Below, piece by piece: positions 21,401 to 34,718 of a DNA stretch of 64,000 bases. The DNA is from Catajapyx aquilonaris (taxonomy: Eukaryota). The DNA lies in contig KZ538211.1 in assembly GCA_000934665.2 (NCBI GenBank), positions 62,001 to 126,000 of the forward strand, in the 5' to 3' direction. A program made the position numbers and the translations under genes. Positions within the stretch are counted from its first letter, which is position 1. The number at the start of each line of letters is the position of its first letter. Below the pieces are notes generated by a model. It did not search any database. It was not told where the DNA came from and saw only the letters and a list, made by a program, of their open reading frames with translations.

Positions 21401-24400
21401 GCCGCATCCGGTGAGCGAGGGTTAAAAGTGGCAGGGTGGATCCATCCCGTGACTTGGGCTTCCACGCAGGGATTTGTGGACCTCTTTTTGTTCCAGATTG
21501 TTTGAGGGGAACTCGGGAGCCTTCTTCTTCTTCTTAGTCTGCTATGTATGTTGTTGCATGGAATGACGGGGGAGGCAAGTGGCATGGCAGGCAGAGGTGG
21601 AGGAGAAGGGATAGAATAGCAGCATCACATTTTTTGGGAGGAGGGCCTGACGTACCCAACTCTCCCGGTTGGAAGCCACCACTATTTCAAAACGTTGCTG
21701 ACAAAAGCGCGATAAAACTGTCTCGCCTGGGTGTCTTTGACACCGGGGCCGCGATTCATGGCCCGGGATTTGCTTTATGTCCGCGCTTCCATGTGCACAA
21801 TATTCCCGGCTATCGAGGCATCAGAAACAACTACCAGCGGACATCTCCATTTTTCTGCACTCAACCCGCAAGACGCATGGCCGCTCTATTCATAAGGATC
21901 ACCAAGTAAGGAAACGACGCTTGTTCCTCCTTCCTCCACTTTTCCTCCGCCCTTCCCAAAATTGAGGACAATCGCGGCTCAGGAGGGCGTTATTTACCCC
22001 TGATGTGCTTCTCGTGCATCGGTGCATCCGGTTCGTACATTGAATTAGGCGCAGCGAAAATCTTTGGCCATATGCTCGGCTAAGATCGTATATAATAATG
22101 AGAGAAGGTCGCAACGAAAATAATGATGTATATAGTTTTCACTCTTGACACTACATACGCATGTGTAATGGCTACATCGTAATATTACAAGCTAATCATA
22201 TTAAAGTAGATACCCACCATGACTAGCGCAATGTCACAATTTGGCCTAGCATATGGATGTACGTGACAAAATGACCATTATACTAAAAATGTTCAGTATC
22301 TAGTCGGTGGGAGTTGCTGGCATCGTCATGTGTGGAGCAACCTGTTGCACACGAACGTTCCGAGTAGATCAATTTCTCAGCAATGAAACAAAATCAGAAT
22401 TCATTTGTGCAAGATTCAATTACAAGCAACTACGATATGCCTTAAATGTTGGTAAAGGAGGGCATCTGCGCCGGCGGCGGCGCCTGAAACCACAATTAAG
22501 AAAAGTATAAAACTGCCATGTGGAGTCGACAAACTTTGTCAGGATATTTCGTTAAAGCGTATCACGACACAAAACGATCGTCAGCCCGCTCCAGTTGCCG
22601 TAAACATGTCCATAAACGAGAGTGTCCATTGAATCATAACGGAGGTAATGTTCCGCAGTGAGCGGCGCGTAACACCCCTAGCAAGAAAACCGCAGCAGCG
22701 TTTTAATTTTCCCGGAGGCGACCGAGATGACGATCCGAAAAATAAGAGGGTCCAAAATTGTGACGGACGATAATCGTACATGGCTGGGGATATACTATAT
22801 AGGGGTGTGTAATGGAGGTCAACGAACCGCCTCCCGCCGAGTAGATGGGCTTGTGCCGGAAGAGAGCTACTCTTTCCGACACTTGTGGCCTACACCATTT
22901 TCTACGCTCCTGCAGTTGGGCGACAATAATCCCCAGCGAAATGGCTTCCCGATTCGGAAAAGGCTCGCTTCCCAGAAGGACCCCCCGCCTGCACCGTTAT
23001 AAACATAAGCCTGCCCATGTTACTCTAGCTCTATAGCAGAAAGCGTCAATCGACAGCCATATTTACTGCTCGCAGCAACACCGCTGCCGCCACCTACACT
23101 GTACATAACCCTCCCCGGATCCCTATCAAAGCAACCAAGCTGGCAAATTAGGCGCGGCCACGGCCTGGTGGCCAACAAACGGTCAAAAATCGTATTGCCT
23201 CGCAGGTTTTCCGCGCTTTAAAGTTCCATGTAAAATATTAATTTTCTTGCCAAAACTTTTACGTGATGGACGTGACATGAGTCAACTATGGCTGAGAGGT
23301 CACAGGCCGTAAGCTTGGCCGTAAGGGAGTTACTCGGTTCTTTGCACCTGCTGGTGAAGCGCCTCAAATTGCTGGCGTAAAAGACCTCGCAACGTGTGTT
23401 CCGCATTCTGTGATTGAAACTACAAGCAGGTGCATCGGAATTTATAAAATGTTACGTCCTACCACCACAGTTACTGAGTTAATTACTTCACTATAAAATG
23501 GCTTACTTCCGCAGGGCATAAAACAGAACGAGATGGACTGAGCTCGAGTGCATTATTTAATATTACAGCAGCAGCTATAAATCAAATCCGACCCTCATCA
23601 CCACAGGTGACTCCATACCGATTTTAATTATATTAGGTGTAGTGGTTTTAACTACCAAAGTATAGTATCAGTTGGACCAAGTTGCACACTAATCCTTTGG
23701 CTAATTAAGAGTCAGGTGCATGTGTGTGGGTATTTCATTAAGTATGGAGAGTTAATTTTTCCTGCTCTTCGCCTAGAATGTGTCAGAAAATTGAAATACC
23801 CAATTGATAGCCCTAATGGTTTCCCATGTAAATACGAATATAAGATGTCGTATAGACTTGAATTCGTCGGAAGCCGCAGGAGGAGCAATATATTCTCAGC
23901 ACCCTACACTGCGATTCCATTCATCACAGGTGGTAGACTATATTGAAACTATAGTGTCACGTCGGGGGAAATGAATAAATCGTAGTACTGTACGAGTATT
24001 TCATGTATAAAAAGGTATAGTGTTGGGCGAGAGATTCCTTTCAGATAGAAGGGAAAATTAACCTTCCCTACTTAAAGAAACGTCTGCGTATATGATTATA
24101 ACCTAAGACCGTAAAATACCAATTTCATGCATTCACATGTCACAGCTGTCTTATGATGCGCAACTTCCTCTTTTAGATGATCCTGTAATGTCAAGGGCAG
24201 TGGGCAAACGACCATTGACCCCTCAGTTTGTCGAACACATGTTTTGCCAGATACGAGCACAAAATCGACAGTATCAATCAGTAGATTTGGTGTTAGAGAT
24301 AAGCGTGCATGGTCAATAAATGCACTCGAATAAACAAAAATATGGCCAATAAAGCAGGTTCCATTCAAAGTGAAACGTGAAAAAAAAGAGAGAAAAAAAA

Positions 24401-27400
24401 GACAGGCTCCTCTGGAAATGCTGCGATGCACAAAGGGTAAAGGAGAATCCGACGCAATTGTTATTCGTCATCTTTCCCGGCTGACGTTTGCATAGAGGAA
24501 CAACAAAAGGGGGAAGGAGAAGTGAGGCATACAGGGCGATACATAAAAACCTGGGGTAGAAGGACGGAAAATGGAGGGGGCCGGGGGAGGCTGCCGCCCA
24601 AAGAAAGGAAGCAGATATATAAAATGTCATTTTCATATCGTGCAACTCTCGGCATGCACGACTGATTTTTTTTCTTGCGCGGTTTTTCTCCCTCCCTACC
24701 TCTCTCCCTCTCTTCTTATCCTACACCACTAATCAAGGGGGCTTTCTACCGCGTCAATATTGAAGGACGGAACAGGCGTTGGATAAAAGAAACGAAAACG
24801 AGTGAACCGAAAAATTGGGCGGAATGGACGGCACCGAAACGGAGGGTGGTCTCATTTTGGTCGTGACACTCATCCTGTGAGTATATACATGTCCAGGGAA
24901 AGGAACGTCCAGAATTTCGACTTGGCCCCCCTACACAACACTCCCCTCCCTGAAACAGAAATTCCGGTGGATATGCACGCGACATGTTACTGGAAGGGAG
25001 TGACAGGGGCTCGCATCATCGCGGCCAAGAAGGCTAAGTGAAAATTACTAAATTACTATAATTTGCAGATACGGTTTTTCTGTGGTCCTTAAGCAGCGCT
25101 ATTGACAGGTAAATAACAGCACCTGCCGATGAGAGACACTGGTTGCTCCGCCAGTGGGGCTGTGATTAATGCGCTCGCCTGTCACAGAGCATTTCACCAG
25201 TTGAGAGTTTGCTGGTGAAACCAGATCGCTCGAAATAACTGAATAAGTAGCCTCTTAATCATTGCAACTTGTTACCCTCCAGACCACCTGCGAACGGACC
25301 ACCTGCCTTTCAACGCTATCGCATACTGCTGCATACACCCGCCCTAACAATATACGTGACCCTGTTGTACCTCACTTGAGACAACCTTTACCAAATGGCG
25401 GGGAAAAAATTTATCCAGTTATCCATGTTAAACTCTGGCTGCTAAAAAAGTGCCCCCACAAGTGGTAGCAACAGGGGCCAAGTCCAATGGGTTTTTTCAG
25501 GTAGGAGCAAAACCAAGCAAAACAGTAATTTCCAGGAAAGGTTTCGCTGTATATACTAGTTAGTGCTTGGCTTGATATGCAAAACAGCCCATTATAAAAC
25601 TGCTACGTGCCATTTTTTGTGTCGCAGAAAAAGGCAATGTTGGGCTATCGTTGTAAGAAAACTGCTGGGGTCTGATTCACTTAGGGAAAATCTGTCAATA
25701 TCAAAATTGAAAAGAAACAAAAGTGCCAAGGGCTTACTTAATAAGACCCTGTTGCATTGGAGCCCGCAGACGAAATAATTGTTATTCAAATGAGCATATA
25801 GGCGGTACATGAAGTGGTTATTCTCTGCCTTTTAAAAAAGCCATCAGCCTTCCGAACTGCAAATAATTATTTCCTTCCTTGGAAAGGGTGTCCATATGCA
25901 TAAATCTGCGCTGGTATGACAGAACCAGGTCAATAAATGTTATACGCTTGGGCCAATCCGCTAATAATAATGATTAGAGTTACTCATATTTCAGAACCAA
26001 ACATGCAGTCCAAGCAATATGAGTGTGATTGAGTGTGTGGTCATTTTCAGCTGGTATGACATAACTATTTGTTTGCATCTGAACCTCGAAATGCAACTCA
26101 TTGTCTCGCTTCCACAACAAAATGTATAGAGCATCGTTGAAATAATACCGATCATTTTCCATAACACGTTCTGAAAAATCACCTGTTTGAGGTCATCTGC
26201 ATTTCACTGGTGTGTCCTGCATGCTGCAAGAGTTGGGCGAAATGAAGCAACGTTACCAATACGTGGTGGTGGCACGTAAAGCCGGCTGTGCGCGCAGTGA
26301 ACATGCGATTAATTTATTTTCTGTGCTCACAATGAGCATCCGGTGCTGGCTTGAAGAAAGAGGATAAGGAGAGGGGGAGAGGGGGGATGGGTTGGTTGGG
26401 TTGCTGGGAGAGTGAGTCGTCGTCGCGGGCAATGGTCAGTGATGAGTCCGGCGGGGGGTCCCGCCCTCCTATTTCTTACCGCCTTCCAGCCAGAATGAAG
26501 CGCCTAATTCCATCATCCCGGCGAACAAAGGCAGGCCAGGGACAGCCATAATTGGGATGACTCCCTGATTGTTGCGCAAATTAATAAAACAATGCCAGCC
26601 CCACTACACCGCCTATTTGTTTGTAACCTAATATCGCGCCTTGTGAACTGTCCCCATTTGTTTCCTGCCACGTGATTACCTAGTACGGGTGCAGCTCGTA
26701 TACCCAGCAGGGCGGGGTGGCAGGTGGGGGGAGGGAGGGGGCCAAAGCAATTTATCAGGATGACGACGAATCCCTTGATTTACATAGAGAAATCAGGGGC
26801 ACAACTAGACCGGGTCGTCTCCGCCGACAACAAGGCCCTGATTGCATCTAACAAATAGAAAGGGCAAGATGAAGAAGGAGGAGGAGAAAAAAAAGTCCAT
26901 TAAGGACAGGCTGAGGAGCCAGGACCGCGATGCATACATTATGCGGAGGATTGTGTAAACAGATTTTAATTACTGTTAAAGGGAGTGCACAGTTATTGCC
27001 GAGTCATCGGTGGCGGTGCCAAACACCGGTGCCAATTTTGGCAGGAAATAAGACGAAGGGTGGCAGAGGCAGGTATAGGGCCCCACGAAGGATATAGTGG
27101 GGGGCATTAAAGCGTGGCCGGGCCAATGACAGGGTTACGAGTCTCTTCACGGACGCGGCCTATTAATTTCCTAATCCGGAGAGGCACGCCCCGGCTTGAC
27201 CAATGATTAGGCGCCTCCGCCTCTTCAAATCCGACCCTCCCAAGCCACATTTGACGGCGGCCTCTCTTCCGAAAGGCCAGCTCGCTACAGGAATCCCCAC
27301 CTGCAACACACGCTCGCAATCTTCAAAAAGCCGAGGGGGAGAAATCACTCGACCAAAAAGTCCACACCTGGATTTCCTCCCCGTGGATTCACCTCCCCTT

Positions 27401-29999
27401 CATTTCATTCTTCATCCCAGCCTTTATTTAGTTATTATACCTCTTCCCTGCACGTAGACATCTCCACTCCACTCACTATAGTTGGAGCCATCATGCCATG
27501 TCGGCTCGAGTGATCAATTACCACAACTGGGTGTCTCACAATATATTCTTACCCGGTGTCGGTGCAATCGGGCCTTGAACAACGCCTCCCAAGCTAAGTC
27601 GCAGGTGACGTCATCCGCCTCCCCAATATATCCTTGGGACACCGACACCCATAAAGCTCCTTTGACCGACTGGTTGCTCCTCTCCTAGGATATGTCCTCC
27701 CATAAAGGGACCATAAACATGCAGTGATATTCCTCGACTGTCTTTCCCCCCCGCCACTCCAGGCCCGCCCAACCGTTGCATTTATTATTGTTATTCCCGG
27801 GAAGAATGGCGGCGAAAGGAAGCCACGAAGGGTGACCAATCAGCGAGCAGTAACCCCTTCCTCTCCCTCCCCCCTCAATGTTTACAAACATGCAAACCAC
27901 AACTAGAGGAAAGACACTACGCCTGCCACGTATTTATTCGTCAGACGGACCTTCTCTCCGGAGGGTCTCCCTCCTCACCACCCCCCACCTCTCCGCTCGA
28001 ATATACATAAAAAAGTGACGTGCACACGGCATTAAGGATTTCCTTCTCGCGGGTGACAATGTACGCCAAGCGGGTTTCTTTCCCCTCTCCTGACGAGATG
28101 AATGACAGGCGCATTGGGCGGCTCGGACTTTGATGGACTCCCATCCCCATCCCGTCCAATCGCCCTATCAGTTAACGTAACGGACCTATATAACACGGGG
28201 CCCACAGCTGCGATGCTCTCTCATTGTCTTAGGGGCAGCCTCTCATTAATTATACACCCAGAAGATGAGAATAGCCAGCCAGGTAGATACGCGTAAGCAA
28301 TAAAAAATATATTGCCGCGTATGAATATACGAGACTGCTTCTCGTTGCCAGTCATGTGTGATGACGTCAGGTAGTCGAATTCCTTCCCATTTGGACAGCG
28401 GCATCAATATTGCCGGGATGACTCGACCCCTCCCCCGAACTATCCTATACTGCGCGTTCTGGCCATCCCGAAAGTCCCGAGCTGCCTGGTTAAAGTGTGT
28501 GGATCTACGCATGAAACGTGCGAGAATTCGAAAGATATGGCAGGGCATTGGTCACAGTGGAACCCGACGCAGCACACATGCAGCACGCATCCAGCAAGCA
28601 AGCAGTCCAATTAGGCGCTGGATAAGAGGCAGGTGGGAAAAATCACTTCCGGAGGCTCCATTATCCTTGGAAGCTACTGGAACTCCACCCAGAAGCCACA
28701 CGAGGCCCGGACACCTTCCTAATTTCCCCCCTGTCCCAATTTACATCCACATGTGTATGCGGGCGTGAGTCAGGTGACCTCCCAAATAGGAGCTGCATAC
28801 GTATGGGCCCCTGCTGCATTAGCGTCGCGCATATTGCCTCTATATTTCCACCGGGTTTATCCTTCGATCACCAGCGAGATACAATCTTCTCATTTCGAAT
28901 GCTGGCATACGGGGTTCTACATTCCTACTTTGTATTGACGTGGAATTGGTTTTTTATACATACACATCCCCACTGAAGTGTACAGCAGGTCCAAATATGA
29001 GGAGTCTGGTTGGACTTGTCTGCTCGTGATAAAATTTGGTGGCACTTTCTGGGTTGCACAGCCTGGACGGTGTGCGTGTATGTAGAATCGACCGTGACAT
29101 GTGCGATTGCAAACTGCACGGCAACCGCGTGATTAGAAAAAAAGGGTGCCACAATCCGCCGCCGTTTGCTAAATCTGGTTCTCCCCCAGCACAGGCCTCC
29201 CTTCGAATAAATTGCTTTGCGATTGGGGCTGGAAGTAATCGCGAGAATCCAATCAGGCACAATAAAGTTGCAAGTATAGGGAAGAACGAGAAAGATTGCT
29301 GCTCCAATTCTGTTTGACAAAAATTGTATCCGCGGGGGCCCTTCCCCAAAATTTTCATACCCATTTCGTCCGCAAAAAGCACCTGCTTTACCATAATATT
29401 TGCGGGATTGGGCGTCCCAAAATGTGTGCAGCTCTGGCTGGATCACTCCATCCACACCAAGTGCTGCGCGACTAAAAAAAAGTTAATTCTCTGCAGATTT
29501 GACTGGAATATCCGGGCCGGAATTCGAAAACAAACTTCAAAATGAAATGTAAAAGCGTCGGGCGCGCGTGCTACACTTATCAACCGGGCGATACATCTGT
29601 CGCTGGGCCACCATAGAGAGCGGTGGGACAGGGACAAAAACCGATGCACAGTATCACCAGGAATGACAAGTGACGGTGTGACTTGTTGATAAATAACGCT
29701 CACTCCCCTGGCAGGCGGCAGAAATGGAGCCAATGATTGATACCCCAGTATGTCTGTCTACGCCGACTGGTGACAGCAGGCATAACGAGGCGAAAATTTT
29801 AATTGTCCTTTTTTTAGGCGACCGGATACCACTTGACCCCTCATTTCCCCCTACGGACGGGTCACCCCTGTCGGCAAGCGGTGATGGGTCATCAGAGCCG
29901 AGAAAAACCAACAGCGCCTTTTTTTTCTCCACCCGGTCACATTAAGAGGTCCCTCACGTGGAAGAGAACAAACTCGGGTCTGTGTAGGAGGGGGGGGGG

Positions 30000-30219
30000 N
30001 NNNNNNNNNNNNNNNNNNNNNNNNNNNNNNNNNNNNNNNNNNNNNNNNNNNNNNNNNNNNNNNNNNNNNNNNNNNNNNNNNNNNNNNNNNNNNNNNNNNN
30101 NNNNNNNNNNNNNNNNNNNNNNNNNNNNNNNNNNNNNNNNNNNNNNNNNNNNNNNNNNNNNNNNNNNNNNNNNNNNNNNNNNNNNNNNNNNNNNNNNNNN
30201 NNNNNNNNNNNNNNNNNNN
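30000..30219. other. Assembly gap (220 N) between a G-run and a CT microsatellite
   Basis: N run in the sequence. Confidence 0.99.

Positions 30220-30257
<38 letters not shown>
30220..30257 (+). repeat. (CT)19 microsatellite, truncated by the gap
   Basis: Read directly from the sequence. Confidence 0.95.
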
Positions 30258-30260
<3 letters not shown>

Positions 30261-33200
30261 CTCACTCACTCACATCACTCCCTCTTTCTCTCAAACTGCT
30301 GTTGCCATTCTGCACAACCACAGTCTACGCAATGTCAGCCATCTTAGGTACCGGGTCCGTCGAAAAGAGTGGAAAGAAATTGAAAATCCGTGCGGTTGCT
30401 CCCCGCCAGGATCCCCCTCCTGGCAGCAGCTGGAGTCCCAACCGCTCTTTCTTCATCATGCAACAGACGTCTCTCCAGACACACTACCACCACGATTTAT
30501 GGAAGAAAACAACCGCAGCTCGTATAAAATCAAACCCCAGGCCATGTTAATTACTATGCGCGGGACCAGCCCCTCAGATGTATTTCACTTCGCTAAGGAG
30601 GCAGCCAGCACACAATTCCCCCTGCGTGAGTGAGGAAGACCCCGGCCACTCCATGCCCAGCTATCGACACATGCCCGAAATTCGACTCTTTTTTGGTGCA
30701 CCGCCGTGCTCGTTCATCATTCATTTAAAAGAGAGAGAAAGGGTGAGACTAGAGGGGGAAAAAAGAAGCAACAGCAGGTCATACCGGCCAGCAGGTTAAT
30801 AATAATAAAACTGTTGCATCCGCGCTCCAGGCGATTCGCCTCCAGCTCTGCTGGCAGCGTGCACCAACACTCTAGTTATTGAATTACCCATTATAAGACA
30901 GGTCTTAACGAGGTAGAATTATGTCAAGATGGAGCTACCCCAACGGGATAAAGCTATATTCCAAACTCCAAAAAATTGAACAGTTCGGGGGGGACTAATG
31001 GGCATGTCAGGAGGCCTTGGGAGAATGAGAAAATCGCCATTGACAGCTGGATGAGATAGCTGGCAGCTGAGAATTCCTTCTCGTGTACTTCGAATTAACA
31101 AGTTCCGCCAGCCAAATTACGTCCCGTAAAATTTGCATTTCTGGAGTTTGCTTGTCTTCATCTGGGAGCTGCTATTAGTGCCGCAGTTAAAAATTAGCGC
31201 CCCCCTCGGAATTGAGCTTTATAAGTGTTATAACACGGTATCCGACGACAATGCGCTTCTTCTCTGCAGCATGGGACAGTCAGCCGCATACATTTACACC
31301 CATTTACGTACGCAAAAGGAGTTTGACTCTAACTCTGTTGTACCAAGGCAGAAAAAAAAGGTGATCTACCTAAAGTGCAAAGGTTGTTATTTACAATTGA
31401 CTGACACTCGGTACATCGTCTATAATTTCAGTGATGCTTAATAAGAAAAGGTTATGGCCGCTGCCTTGGAGTCTTCCTCACTGTTATATTTCTACAAATT
31501 CAAAATAAAAGGTACTATTGCAATCCACGATGCCGTTCGTATGTACGGACGGCCTCATGGGTTGATGGTTGCAATCGTAACGAATGTTTGTCGAAAGCAT
31601 CCAAGTAAAATAAACTCCTATGGGGTGCTTCACCAGGGTGACCCGGGTCCAGACGGAAATGTTTTTGCATCACCGTTATTGTTCCTCCCAATTTTGGCCG
31701 CATGACGCGATTAGTCGTGTGAAATATTGCGTTATGATTGCCTTTTTCCCGCTAATGTGACCCGTGGGTTCAGCACCTGTGTATGCGGCCACGAAGGCGG
31801 CAGCATCGATACATGCGTGGGGAATCCGGCAAGGCGATTAAAGCAATCAATCTTGGGGGTGCGAGGTGTTAGCATATCTAGGGGGGTTGGGTGGGTGGGT
31901 GGGTATACGTAGGGGCGCGAATGACGTCCGTGGAATGGATGCAGCGTGGAGAGGACCCTGGATGGTCGGCTACCGATCTGCAGCTGATAAATCGAGGCAG
32001 TGATGGCAAACAGCAGGACACGCGGGCAGGCCAGCGTCCATAAATCTTGCGCTTATGGTCTGGCATGCCGGAACCGACGGATCAGCGTTGGGTTCGGGGC
32101 AGCATCGCCACACCGTTACGCCCAATGTCTGATAGAGGCCAGGCCAATCACTAGGCGGCGGAGGGGGCCTACTATCTGCACCGCCTAACTCGGATTGTTT
32201 TCACCCCATTGCTGTCGCTGACAACCATCGCCCGGCACCGCAGCCGAATCATTGTGCCACCGCCGCGCCGCACTTGCCCCGGAATTATCAAGCCATATTT
32301 GCCCACGATAAATGCCAGGTCTCCGGGACCGTGCCCACGGGTTTCCACAACTGTCCATCACTGATCCGACAAACATGCGCCCACCAGTATACATCCACAC
32401 ACATTTGTTTGCTTTTGTTCCATTGTCACACAAGCACAAAAACCATCCGTGATTGCTGCTGCTGCCGTATTATAGTCCTCTACGTGGCCATGCTCCATAG
32501 GGGGTGGTCAGGAAGCCCTTCCAAGTCAACCTATTGAAACACGATGGGTCATCATAAATGATGACACCAGTTCCTTCTACCTGAAAATCCACTGAAATGT
32601 GGATCCACAACACGAGCATTTCAGGATCTCGCATTCCCTTCCGACCTCCCTTATTTATTGGTGAGAGAATGAGGCGGAGACTGATCCCAAATAGGCCTTC
32701 CAAAATTAAATCCCGCTTATGGAAGTATGGGTCATCAGCTAAAAGAGTCGGCCCCGAGGTACAATCGAACAGGCTGTTCCTCTTTATGGCCTGGCCATTA
32801 TTATTACACAGATATATACCGATCAGTGAATTGTTAGATCATAATTCGGAATGGGCACTTGACGCGGAGCAATTCGAAAGGATTAGCTGAATCAAACTAC
32901 CACCTGCTGGCATAAAGAGCTCTCCAAAATATTTCAAATATTCGTGCTCACTTGAGAAGAATCCAGCCCGGTAAACAGGTTATTACAATGGCACTTGTGC
33001 GAACAGGTCAAAACGTCAACAGACCTATTTGGTAGCCCCCACTTAAAGGTTGAACTGGTGGAACTAATTGAAAAAAAAAAAAAAAAAATGAAAGAAAGAA
33101 AACAAGCCCAGAGGATCAGGTGGGCGTCGTATTAACGGCGCAGGTGGATGAGGATGCAAGATTGGAAGTGGCATAATTGCCCACCACTGACACTCAATGG

Positions 33201-34225
33201 GAAGATGGGGGCATTGCATTGATAACACTGGCAATGTCCGCCATTATCAACCGGTATTGCAATGTTTTCTTTCTCAGGAGCTGAGGCGGCTACCGGGGAA
33301 GAAGCGGACAGCAAAGGCGGCACGTCGCGTCGGCCCCTGGTCTTCCGAACTCTCAAGAGCAGAGAAGAGACGCCGGAGCTTGAAATCTCCTCCAGCTGTT
33401 TGGATCGAGGACGGCAACTCCCTGAGAATGTCCTCACCAGAGGCGAATGGTCGTGAATACCTCCTGAGGTCAGCCGGGCGATAAATCTCGCATAACATGG
33501 TACTGTCCACATGTCACTGTTGTCCTTTGTAAGTTGGATAGACAATTTATGGCCTCGCCAGATATAATAAAGCAAGCAAATTAAAACGGGCAAAAATGCA
33601 CACCGCGTTCACGTGATTTTCCCTGACGTTACAGACTCACGCGGGACATTCGGGGGGGAAAATACCTCTGAACTTGACCCACGCATGAGCAGATCCACGT
33701 CCAAGCTGCGCAGTGCGCACCACGCAGGCTGTTCCTATTCCAACTGTGCAATATGCCGCATACACGTTAATGAAACAAACATGGGCATGCCAGGGTGTTA
33801 TATCACGCAAGTGATAGCAGAAAAATTGCGATATATCTCACACCTAGATATATCATTCGGTTAGCCATGCAACATGATTCATGAAACCAGCCGTAAGTCA
33901 GGCCTAATTTCCCGGAGAAAACACCACGCTCCATGATGTAGGGGAGTGCAAGAGAGGAAAAAAATCGTGACTCTACCATTTTTAACGACAACCATGTCAG
34001 CTGTGTTCAACGAGATAATGATATTTTTGTAATACACGCGCCCCTATACGTGTATGCAGTACCACATCATAGCGGGTATCAACATGGAAAAAGTACTGAG
34101 CGTGAAGCTCGTCATTGCACTGAAATAAAACGCCCAGAGTACAATAATGTTCGTGTCATTTTCAATGATGGTGAACGCAAATCTCTCGACTCATGTAATG
34201 TTAATAAAAACACTTCGCTATTTAT

Positions 34226-34294
34226 TAGTACTCTATCCAACGGCAGGGAGGAAAATAAATGAAATGAATGAAATGAAAATAGTACTCTATCCAA
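34226..34294 (+). mobile_element. Extremely 5'-truncated non-LTR retroelement tail (39 bp) with 15-bp target-site duplication
   Basis: TAGTACTCTATCCAA at 34226-34240 and 34280-34294 flanks CGGCAGGGAGGAAAATAAATGAAATGAATGAAATGAAAA, i.e. AATAAA plus a (TGAAA/TGAA)n tail of the kind found on L2/CR1-group LINEs and their SINEs. Confidence 0.65.
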
Positions 34295-34583
34295 AACGGA
34301 CTCAAAATTATTTGCATTTCTGGTCGAGCTAATTAATGTGACACTGTACTCAGAAACATTTGCAACTGATTATAACATTATCAATGTAATATTTTTTTAA
34401 AAAAAATACAAATGTCTAAATATGAGTCGATTACTTCCACACCTACGGCCATTACATACATAGGTTGGAGGAAACAGGAAAGAGAGTCGTAATGCGTTGC
34501 AAAGGATGTGTCGCATAACTTGTGTGAGGTTTTCCCCAGTATGAGACGAAAAAGTGAAATTTAGTTTTTTTTTCCTATACTTA

Positions 34584-34718
34584 GGGCCGGTTGCACCAGA
34601 GCAAGATTCAGGTTCAGGTTTGCCCCTGTTATTAATTGTTAGCAACAATGAACCTAACAATTATTAACATAGGCAAACCCATACCTGAACCTGAATCTTG
34701 CGCCCGTGCAACCGGCAC
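34584..34718. mobile_element. 135-bp fully palindromic Tourist/PIF-Harbinger-like MITE
   Basis: Left GGGCCGGTTGCACCAGAGCAAGATTCAGGTTCAGGT versus right-end reverse complement = 32/36. Pairing continues to an ~11-nt loop near 34643-34653. Flanks are TTA (34581-34583) and TTG (34719-34721), consistent with a mutated TTA TSD. Confidence 0.85.

Noticed and set aside
25462..25610. Patchy inverted similarity (AATGGG/CCCATT, CCAAGCA/TGCTTGG)
   Set aside because: Too gapped to separate from chance by eye.
29833..30633. 266-aa ORF and other ORFs spanning N gaps
   Set aside because: Artefacts of translating through Ns and the CT repeat.
33071..33100. A18 tract as a retrocopy tail (also 5249, 5692, 58291)
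   Set aside because: No flanking TSD or upstream element found.
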